Shown here: one piece after another, positions 1 through 7,194 of the stretch
Numbering within the stretch: the stretch's first letter is position 1
How the letters are laid out: each line of letters begins with the position of its first letter
From: Candidatus Bipolaricaulia bacterium
Lineage (GTDB): Bacteria > Bipolaricaulota > Bipolaricaulia > JBHIAT01
NCBI GenBank assembly: GCA_046758705.1
Contig: JBHIAT010000032.1
Coordinates: forward strand, 1 to 26,699
Length of the DNA: 26,699 nucleotides
Direction of reading: 5' to 3'
Position numbers and translations under genes: made by a program
The notes under the pieces: generated by a model
What the model was told of the DNA's origin: nothing
Database searches by the model: none
Seen by the model: the letters and a program-made list of their open reading frames with translations, nothing else

Positions 1-72
1 CGCTGTCGAACCGGCGATTCTGATTTTTGCTATCTAGAATGAGCGAACGGTAAGCTGTTGAGGATATGTAGA

Positions 73-1005
73 TTAGGATAGCCAGAAAACCAGCAACCCG
101 AACAGCCCAAAGATCGCAAAGATCAGGTAGAGAATGATCACCGTCCGTCTATAGCCCCATCCCTGGCTGAGCAGTTTATGGTGGATATGTTGCAGATCGG
201 CCTCGAAGATCGACCGACCGGCTCGAACCCGGCGAACGATCGCCAGGAATGTGTCGAAGATCGGCAGACCGAGGATCAAGATCGGGGCCAAAATCGGAAG
301 CTCACGCACCGCTTCATACTCCGGCTGAAATGCTTCCAGAACGAGAATTGAGATCACGAAGCCGACGAAGGTGCTGCCGGCATCGCCCATAAAGACGCGT
401 GCTGGGTGGTAGTTGTATCGCAAAAACCCAAGCAACGCCCCCAGCAGCGCGATCGTCAGGATCGTATTATCCAGGTTTCCCACGGCCACAGACAGATACA
501 GGACAAAGCCGCAGACGATCGCGGCACCGCCGGCCGCCAGCCCGTCGAGACCGTCGATCAGGTTGAAGGCATTCGTCCCACCGACGATCCAGAGCGCGGC
601 CAGGAGCCTTCCCCAACCTCCCAGCTCGATCTGTAGGCCGAACAGGTCGACCGAGGTGATGAAGATGCCGCCAAGGAAGATCGGAACTAAAGATGCGGTG
701 ATCTGCGCCATCAACCGCAGCTTCGGACTCACCCTGCGCAGATCATCGATCAGACTGACTATCCCGATGATCAGGCCGCCGAGGAACGGGCTCCACAGGG
801 CCGGTGCCGGGGCCAAGGCGGCGAGCGCGCCCAGGGGGGTGCCGAGTGCGATCGCAACCCCCCCCAACGGCCGTGCCCGTCCGTGTTGCTTGCGCGCGTC
901 AGGAAAATCCTTCAGCGGGAGCGATTCGGCAAGCCGTTCGATGATTCGGGAGAGAAGGAGGGTTGCCAGGAGGGAGATCACAAACGCAAGCAGGTAATCG
1001 GTCAT
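73..1005 (-). CDS. MraY/WecA/TagO-family undecaprenyl-phosphate GlcNAc-1-phosphate transferase
   Basis: Multi-TM protein with family motifs LIDD, NAFNLIDGLDGLA, YNYHPARVFMGDAGS and DLQHIHHKL. ATG at 1005 preferred over TTG at 1044 because a sigma70-like promoter occupies 1015-1044. Confidence 0.9.
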   Translation of the reverse strand: MTDYLLAFVISLLATLLLSRIIERLAESLPLKDFPDARKQHGRARPLGGVAIALGTPLGALAALAPAPALWSPFLGGLIIGIVSLIDDLRRVSPKLRLMAQITASLVPIFLGGIFITSVDLFGLQIELGGWGRLLAALWIVGGTNAFNLIDGLDGLAAGGAAIVCGFVLYLSVAVGNLDNTILTIALLGALLGFLRYNYHPARVFMGDAGSTFVGFVISILVLEAFQPEYEAVRELPILAPILILGLPIFDTFLAIVRRVRAGRSIFEADLQHIHHKLLSQGWGYRRTVIILYLIFAIFGLFGLLVFWLS

Positions 1006-1014
1006 TTTCGGATC

Positions 1015-1044
1015 ATTATAGGTCTCGAGCTGATCCTTCGGCAA
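1015..1044 (-). promoter_or_regulatory. Putative sigma70 promoter for the wecA-like gene
   Basis: Minus strand TTGCCG-N18-TATAAT, ending 9 nt before the ATG at 1005. Confidence 0.55.
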
Positions 1045-1089
1045 CCGGTGTTTTATTTTTCGTTGCCCTCCAGTATATTTAATAGAGAG

Positions 1090-2109
1090 ATGAGCGAAGC
1101 GACCGAGGTGCTGAGAAGCGGGTTAAAGGTGGGGCGACTCAGCCATGCTTACCTCCTGATCGGTGAGGGCGGCGTGCCGCACGCCAGGGAGCTGGCAGAT
1201 GAGATCATCTGTGGCGACGATCGCGACTGTGGCTCCAAGATCGCGCGCGGCGTCCACCCCGACCTTCAGATAGTGGCCCGGGACGGAGAGCGGATCGGGA
1301 TCGATCAGATCAGAGCGTTGAAACTGGATGCCCGCTACCCCCCGACGGAGGGTCGTTATAAGGTCTACCTCATTGATGAGGTCGAGGCGATGAGCCCGGA
1401 GGCGGCCAACAGCATCCTGAGATTGCTTGAGGAGCCACCTCCCTATCTTGTCTTCCTGCTGGTGTCGGCGAGCTTGGCGGGGGTCCCGGCGACGATCGTC
1501 TCACGCTGCCAGGTGCTCCGCCTGCGAACCGGCTCCCAGAAGCACCTCCGATCACAGCTGGCGGCTTACGATCTGGAGGATCGTGAGGTCGATTACGCGC
1601 TCTCCGTGGCCAAGGGACGAATCGACCGACTCACGGAGCTTCCCCTGGAGGAGGGGCTGCTGGCCCGTCGGCAGGCGGTGCACGCGGAGCTGTCCGATCT
1701 GGAACCCGATCAGCTTGTCGATCGCCTCCTGAACGGCGATTCTATTGTCCGGCGCGAGGCGTCGCTTGAGTTGTTGAAGCGGCTTCCCCACCTGCAGGTG
1801 TTTGAGGTGCTCGCGGTTGCCGGGCGACTGAGCCGCGCCTCGAATCGGGACGCCCTCGATCGCCTGTTCGAAGAAGCGGCCCTCTGGTATCGGGACCTGC
1901 TGTCAGTGATCGAGGGCGGAGCCGTATGGAACCTCGATCGGGTCGATCGTCTCAACGAGTTGAACTCCGATTTCGAATCGGGCAAGTTGATCGATCTGGT
2001 GGGTAAACTTGAGGAAGGACGGCGGAGTCTGCGAGAGAACGCCAACCTCCAGCTCCTCTGTGAGTCGCTGCTGTTCGAGATCCAGGCGGTCTCGGATTCC
2101 GAACCATAA
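1090..2109 (+). CDS. holB: DNA polymerase III subunit delta'
   Basis: RLSHAYLL, HPDL, IGIDQIR, KVYLIDEVEAMSPEAANSILRLLEEPP, the SRC motif and C-terminal NANLQL. Degenerate Walker A, as expected for delta'. The ORF-track extension to 883 overlaps the divergent gene, so the ATG at 1090 is used. Confidence 0.9.
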   Translation: MSEATEVLRSGLKVGRLSHAYLLIGEGGVPHARELADEIICGDDRDCGSKIARGVHPDLQIVARDGERIGIDQIRALKLDARYPPTEGRYKVYLIDEVEAMSPEAANSILRLLEEPPPYLVFLLVSASLAGVPATIVSRCQVLRLRTGSQKHLRSQLAAYDLEDREVDYALSVAKGRIDRLTELPLEEGLLARRQAVHAELSDLEPDQLVDRLLNGDSIVRREASLELLKRLPHLQVFEVLAVAGRLSRASNRDALDRLFEEAALWYRDLLSVIEGGAVWNLDRVDRLNELNSDFESGKLIDLVGKLEEGRRSLRENANLQLLCESLLFEIQAVSDSEP

Positions 2110-2129
2110 TATTAGATGGAGTGATTCAC

Positions 2130-2831
2130 ATGGCAGAGCATCGCTGTGAGCAATGTGGGAAGACGTTTAAGTCGGCAAACGCCCTAATCCAACATCAACG
2201 GGATGCCAATCATCGGCCGAAAAAGACGCAGGCGAAAGCCAAGGACAAAGCTGAGGTAAAATCTGTGGACAAGCGGTCGCAACGAACGCGTGCCAGGACT
2301 GGGAGAACCCGACAACGGACCTGGTTCATCGCCGGCGGGGTGGGGCTCGCTCTCATCCTCATCGCTGTAGGGGCGTTCGTGGGGCTTAACCGGGGTGAGA
2401 GCGACAACGTGAGCGACGCCCTAAACGCGGTCTCGGTCCCGCTTCAGGGATTCCAGCATATAGGTCAGGGACAATCCCACCCCCCATACAACTCCGTGCC
2501 GGCCACCTCAGGCTGGCATTACCCATTCACCGCCCCCTGGGGGGTGCACCACCAACCGGTCCCTGATGAGGTCCAGGTCCACAACCTGGAACATGGAGGG
2601 ATCATGGTCCAGTACCGACCCGGGATCGCCGACTGGATCGTCGACGAATTGCGCAGCTTTACTCAGAGAAACTGCCGGCTGATCGTCGCGCCCTACCCGG
2701 GTCTGGATCACGACATCGCGTTGACCGCCTGGGGCCGGATCGACAAGTTCGACGAGTTCGACCGCGACCGGATCGAGGCGTTTATCCAAGCGTACAGAAA
2801 TCAGGGACCGGAACAGGTCTCTTGTCCATAG
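2130..2831 (+). CDS. Membrane-anchored DUF3105-family protein with an N-terminal C2H2-type zinc finger
   Basis: N-terminal CEQCGKTFKSANALIQHQRDANH, K/R-rich linker, one TM helix, then YNSVPATSGWHY, VHNLEHGGIMVQY, IALTAWG and GPE motifs typical of DUF3105. SD-like GGAGTGA precedes ATG 2130. Confidence 0.8.
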   Translation: MAEHRCEQCGKTFKSANALIQHQRDANHRPKKTQAKAKDKAEVKSVDKRSQRTRARTGRTRQRTWFIAGGVGLALILIAVGAFVGLNRGESDNVSDALNAVSVPLQGFQHIGQGQSHPPYNSVPATSGWHYPFTAPWGVHHQPVPDEVQVHNLEHGGIMVQYRPGIADWIVDELRSFTQRNCRLIVAPYPGLDHDIALTAWGRIDKFDEFDRDRIEAFIQAYRNQGPEQVSCP

Positions 2832-2838
2832 CCCCGAT

Positions 2839-2868
2839 TTGATCGGTCGGTGTGCTCCGATCTATAAT
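2839..2868 (+). promoter_or_regulatory. Putative sigma70 promoter for lnt and the blue-copper gene
   Basis: TTGATC-N18-TATAAT; an inverted repeat GATCGG..CCGATC (2841-2862) lies within it. Confidence 0.45.
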
Positions 2869-2925
2869 TGACTATGTCTACCCTGAGGGGGTTATGAAGA
2901 ACGCGATCCTGGGGAGGAAGAACGA

Positions 2926-4461
2926 TTGAAAAGTTGGCATTGGGGACTTGCGATCGTCTCAGGGGTGTTGACCGCGCTCGGTCTCCCCGGCCTGGGACTC
3001 GATCCGCTGATTTGGTTCTCGTTGGTCCCGCTGTTCTTCGCGTTGGAGCGGACCAGCACCAGATATCGGAGGAGTTTCCTGCTGGCCTACTTGACTGGGA
3101 TCGCGTTCTTCGGCGTCCTGTTCCATTGGTTCCTCGTCCTGAGGCAGTGGGAGGATTTGTTCCCCGTCCTCGGGATCTGGGGCGGTTACTTCATTGCCCT
3201 CCCCTATCTGGTGATAATCTTGCTGGCGAGCATCTATTGGGGAATCTGGGGGCTGATTTACTCGTTCTTCAACGCGCGGTTCGGGACCCTGGCGATGCTG
3301 CTCATGACCCCGGCCCTGTGGGTCTCCTTCGAGTTCATCCGCGCTCAGGGCGAGTTCGGTCTCACCTGGGGTGACCTGGGCTATGCCCTCTACCGGAGGG
3401 TGTCGCTGATCCAGCTTGCCTCAATCACCGGCGTCTGGGGGATCTCATTCGCGATCGTCTTGGTCAACTACCTGCTGTTTCTCGCCCTCAACCATTTGAG
3501 ATATCGGTACGTGTTGGTCGCCGGCGCGATCATTGGTCTGCTGTTCGGGGTCGGTCTGCCCCAGATGGACGATCGAACAACGGTGGACGTGGGGGGGATC
3601 GAGGTCGCCATCGTCCAACCGGGGATCTCCCGTTGGCAGCAGCTCAACGCTCAAGGTCCAGGGTCGCTGCTGGAAGACTATGGGGTGCTGCTCGACGGGT
3701 TGCGGCCCGTTGACTTGGTCGTCCTTCCCGAATCGTTTCTCCAGGATTACGTCCTCAAGCGGGCGGCGCTGATGCAACCGTTCCGGGCGTTCGCGATCGA
3801 GCGCTCGACTTACCTGGTCTTGGGAACGCACGACTATCGAGACGGGAAGCTCTACAACACCGTCGCACTGATCACTCCGGCAGGAGAGGTGGCCGGCGTC
3901 TATGACAAACGACATCTGGTGCCGTTTGGAGAGTACATCCCGTTCCGAAGGCTGTTGAGCCGGTTGGGGGTCGCCGACGAACTCCCCGTTGACTTCGATC
4001 GGGGGACCGACTACCGGCTGATCACCGCATCGCTGGGAACGATCGGGGCGCCCATTAGCTTCGAATCGACCTTCCCATCGATCAGTCGGACGTTCACCCG
4101 TCAGGGGGCCGAGCTGTTGATCAACGTCACCAACGACGTCTGGTACGGGGATAGCCCCGCCCCGACCCAGCAGTTCTCCAAGGCGGTGTTCCGGGCGGTT
4201 GAGAATCGGCGTTACCTGGTGCAAAGCTCCCACACCCGCATCTCCGGAATTATCGCCCCCGATGGGGAGATCCTGCACCGGTCCACCTCTAACGATCAGG
4301 AGATTCTCTACGGGACAGTGTCGCTACAGGATGAGCAGACGTTTTACACCCGCTACGGTGACTGGTTCGTTTATCTATTGGCCGCCTACCTGGTCGGTGC
4401 CATCGTCTGGTGGGGTGTGCCGAATGTGATGAAAACTCTGAAACGCCCAACTGAGAGGTGA
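2926..4461 (+). CDS. lnt: Apolipoprotein N-acyltransferase homologue with the catalytic Cys replaced by Ser
   Basis: N-terminal TM bundle, W-G-x-L-G-Y, IQLASITGVWGISF, nitrilase-fold LPES, YDKRHLVPFGEY, TND-W, FRAVEN and C-terminal TFYTRYGD. The usual IC(Y/F)E reads ISFE. TTG start with SD GGGGAGG. Confidence 0.9.
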   Translation: MKSWHWGLAIVSGVLTALGLPGLGLDPLIWFSLVPLFFALERTSTRYRRSFLLAYLTGIAFFGVLFHWFLVLRQWEDLFPVLGIWGGYFIALPYLVIILLASIYWGIWGLIYSFFNARFGTLAMLLMTPALWVSFEFIRAQGEFGLTWGDLGYALYRRVSLIQLASITGVWGISFAIVLVNYLLFLALNHLRYRYVLVAGAIIGLLFGVGLPQMDDRTTVDVGGIEVAIVQPGISRWQQLNAQGPGSLLEDYGVLLDGLRPVDLVVLPESFLQDYVLKRAALMQPFRAFAIERSTYLVLGTHDYRDGKLYNTVALITPAGEVAGVYDKRHLVPFGEYIPFRRLLSRLGVADELPVDFDRGTDYRLITASLGTIGAPISFESTFPSISRTFTRQGAELLINVTNDVWYGDSPAPTQQFSKAVFRAVENRRYLVQSSHTRISGIIAPDGEILHRSTSNDQEILYGTVSLQDEQTFYTRYGDWFVYLLAAYLVGAIVWWGVPNVMKTLKRPTER

Positions 4462-5027
4462 TCGGATTGAAACAAAAACACAGCACCAAACTGGGTCTGA
4501 CGAGACGGGGGCTCTTTAAGGCAACGGGCGCCGTCGTTCTGGGTGGGGTGCTGGCGTCGTTAACGAGTAGACCGGCAGTCGGTCAGGGGCGGGTGGACGT
4601 GCTGATGCTCACCACCAACAGTAGTCACTTCATGTTCGTCCCCACCGGTCTGTGGGTCGAGCCGGGGACGGTGGTTCGCTGGATTCAGGAAAGCGACTTC
4701 CACAGCGCCACCGCCTACCATCCCGACAACTTCGGCAAGGAGCTGAGGATCCCCGAGGGCGCGAAGTCCTGGGACTCCGGGGTGCTGATCGAGGTCGGTG
4801 CCACCTTCGAGCACCGGTTCGAGGTCGAGGGGGTCTACGACTACTACTGCATCCCCCACGAGTTCCTGGGAATGGTCGGTCGGATCATTGTCGGGGAGCC
4901 CAAGGGTGGCCCGGGGACGAAACCGTTGGAACAGGGCATCCCGCCCCAGGCTCAAAGTATGATGCCGTCGATCGAGGAGATCATGGCGCGCAAGGTGGTG
5001 TCGTTCCCCCCAGGAGTGGTGAGCTAA
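4458..5027 (+). CDS. Tat-exported plastocyanin/halocyanin-like type-1 blue copper protein
   Basis: Twin-arginine signal LTRRGLFK plus hydrophobic stretch; copper ligands H(SATAY) and YYC-IP-H-EFLG-M. GTG start overlaps the lnt stop codon (GTGA). Confidence 0.85.
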   Translation: MIGLKQKHSTKLGLTRRGLFKATGAVVLGGVLASLTSRPAVGQGRVDVLMLTTNSSHFMFVPTGLWVEPGTVVRWIQESDFHSATAYHPDNFGKELRIPEGAKSWDSGVLIEVGATFEHRFEVEGVYDYYCIPHEFLGMVGRIIVGEPKGGPGTKPLEQGIPPQAQSMMPSIEEIMARKVVSFPPGVVS

Positions 5028-5074
5028 GTCGGGATTTTCGTGATCCATCCAAGAGAGTCAGGTGTTGAAAAGCG

Positions 5075-6145
5075 TCACCGCTTCCATCGCGGGTCCAGCG
5101 CGTCACGCAGGCCGTCGCCCAGGAAGTTGAAGCAAAGCACGGTCAAGAAGATGAGCAGGCCGGGGAACAACGCAATGAAGATGCCATTGGGGTAGAAGAA
5201 GAACTCCTGGGCCCGGGAGAGCATGTTGCCCCAGGAGACTGCCGGCGGCTGGATACCTAATCCCAAAAACGAAAGCCCCGATTCAACCAGGATGGCCTCC
5301 CCCGTTTGCAGGGTGGCCTGGACGATGATGACGTGGGTGGCGTTGGGCAGGAGATGGCGAAACAGAACGCGAAACGATGAGCCACCAAGGGCGCGGGCGG
5401 CGTCGACAAACTCGCGTTCGCGCAGACTGAGCACCTCACCCCGGACGAGGCGGGTCGTGCTCATCCAGGAGAGGATAATAATGACGAAGATGATGATGGC
5501 AATGCTCTTGGACCCGCCCAGAACCTTGTTGAGGTAAGTGGTGAAGTTCCCTTGGGAGCTTGCCAGCAGGCCGCTCAGGATGAGCAGCAAAGGGAGTTGG
5601 GGAATGGAGAGCATGGTGTCAGTGAAGCGGCTGATGACGGAGTCCAGGCGACCGCCCATGTAGGCGGCGGTCGCCCCGAGTAGACTGCCGATAAACGTTG
5701 AGATCAAGGCAGCCACAAACCCGACCAACAGCGAAACTCGGCCGCCGTGGAGCACGCGTGTGAGAATGTCGCGGCCCAAATCATCGGTGCCGAACGGGTG
5801 TATCCCGCAGCGCCACAACAGCACGCGCGAACGCACGCACTTGTCGAGTGCTCTCGGACTCTCTATCACGTTTAAACTGGGCCCGCTGAAACTGAGCCGG
5901 CGGTTCTGACGGGAGAAATCATAAGGGGTCAGCCACGGGGCGAGAATGGCTAACAAGACTAAGGTCACGATCACGGTGGCACCCAAGATCGCCAGCCGGT
6001 GCCGCCGGAAGCGGCGCCAGACGAGCTTCCAAGTCGATTCGCCTCGCCGAACCGGTTCCTCGAGCTCCGGCTCCAGTTCCGGCGAGGGAGGCGTGGGGGT
6101 TCGGCGTCTGCGAACACGAACACGAACACGAAGGCGATCAATCAT
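5075..6145 (-). CDS. oppC: Peptide/nickel ABC transporter permease (OppC/DppC type)
   Basis: WRRFRRHRLA, HPFGTDDLGRD, EAA loop REFVDAARALG, ESGLSFLGLG and GDGLRDALDP. Confidence 0.92.
   Translation of the reverse strand: MIDRLRVRVRVRRRRTPTPPSPELEPELEEPVRRGESTWKLVWRRFRRHRLAILGATVIVTLVLLAILAPWLTPYDFSRQNRRLSFSGPSLNVIESPRALDKCVRSRVLLWRCGIHPFGTDDLGRDILTRVLHGGRVSLLVGFVAALISTFIGSLLGATAAYMGGRLDSVISRFTDTMLSIPQLPLLLILSGLLASSQGNFTTYLNKVLGGSKSIAIIIFVIIILSWMSTTRLVRGEVLSLREREFVDAARALGGSSFRVLFRHLLPNATHVIIVQATLQTGEAILVESGLSFLGLGIQPPAVSWGNMLSRAQEFFFYPNGIFIALFPGLLIFLTVLCFNFLGDGLRDALDPRWKR
6111..6132. repeat. Hexamer tandem repeat (CGAACA)x3.7 in the oppC 5' end
   Basis: cgaaca cgaaca cgaaca cgaa; encodes RVRVRVR on the minus strand. 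Confidence 0.8.
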
Positions 6146-7106
6146 ATCGGATACGCGGGTCGACGAGAGCGTAGACGATATCGGCTAACAGGTTGAAGAT
6201 CAGGATGAGCACGGAGATGAACATCAGTGAGACCATGGCCACGTTGAAGTCATTGACCAAGATCGACTCGTAGATGCCACGTCCCATACCGGGCCAGTTG
6301 AACACAGTCTCGGTGAGAATCGCGCCGGAGAACAGCAACGGGACGGCCAGGGCAATTAGAGTGATGATGGGAAGGATCGCGTTGCGCAGCGCGTGGCGGA
6401 AGATGACGATCCGTTCGGACAGGCCCTTGGCGCGGGCCGTTTGGATATAATCGAGGTGGATGACCTCGAGCATCGAGCTGCGCATGAAGCGTGTCCACTG
6501 GGCCATTTGCAAAGTGGACAGGGCTGTGACCGGCAGGATCAAGTGGCGAATCCGATCGACGATGGTCGGCCAGAGTCCCTCAATACCTGGGGTCTGCAAG
6601 CTTCCCGCCGGCAACCAGCGAAACACCACCGCGAAGAAGTAGATCAGCAAGATACCATACCAGAAGATAGGAATGGACACGCCGAAAAAGTTAAAGATGG
6701 TAATGCCGTAATCGGTCGGCGTGTGCTGGCGCAGGGCGGACACGATACCGGCAGGAATGGCAATCACGAAGGCGACGGCCAAAGAGACTCCGGAGAGCAG
6801 CAAGGTGTTGGGCAGGCGGTTCTGGAAGACGTACTGTGCGGCCGGCATACCGTATGTGCGCGACGGCCCAAAGTTCCCTTGGACGGCCTGTCTTAACCAG
6901 AACCAATAGCGAATATACCAGGGTTTGTCCAGACCATAGAGCTTGATGAGTCGGTTGTAGTCTTCTTGGGTGAACCCGGGGTTGCCGCGGCGCAGATCGT
7001 CAATCGGATCTCCAGGCTTGAGGGCCAGCAAAGCAAATACGATGGCGGAGATCACGAGCAGCGTCGGAATGAGCTGCAAAGTGCGACGGATCACATACGC
7101 GAACAT
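6138..7106 (-). CDS. oppB: Peptide/nickel ABC transporter permease (OppB/DppB type)
   Basis: YVIRR, PGDP, YGLDKP, DYIQTARAKGL, HALRNA, ETVFNWPGMG and DPRIRY. Confidence 0.93.
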   Translation of the reverse strand: MFAYVIRRTLQLIPTLLVISAIVFALLALKPGDPIDDLRRGNPGFTQEDYNRLIKLYGLDKPWYIRYWFWLRQAVQGNFGPSRTYGMPAAQYVFQNRLPNTLLLSGVSLAVAFVIAIPAGIVSALRQHTPTDYGITIFNFFGVSIPIFWYGILLIYFFAVVFRWLPAGSLQTPGIEGLWPTIVDRIRHLILPVTALSTLQMAQWTRFMRSSMLEVIHLDYIQTARAKGLSERIVIFRHALRNAILPIITLIALAVPLLFSGAILTETVFNWPGMGRGIYESILVNDFNVAMVSLMFISVLILIFNLLADIVYALVDPRIRYD

Positions 7107-7124
7107 AGCATTTCACGTTTATAG

Positions 7125-7169
7125 TATACATCACCGGGGGTGTGTCATCCCCACCCCCGGTGATGTGTA
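7125..7169. terminator. Long stem-loop between the solute-binding protein gene and oppB (mRNA stabiliser or partial terminator)
   Basis: TATACATCACCGGGGGTG-N9-CACCCCCGGTGATGTGTA: 18-bp stem with one mismatch. Confidence 0.7.
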
Positions 7170-7194
7170 TCGATGCGTCGCTCACGTTAGCGGA

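Noticed and set aside
883-1089. N-terminal extension of holB in the ORF track
   Set aside because: It overlaps the divergent wecA-like gene and its promoter; homology starts at ATG 1090.
1130-1260. HolB with a degenerate Walker A and only two Cys in the Zn module as a possible pseudogene
   Set aside because: Delta' is normally ATPase-inactive and Zn-ligand loss is common; the frame and SRC motif are intact.
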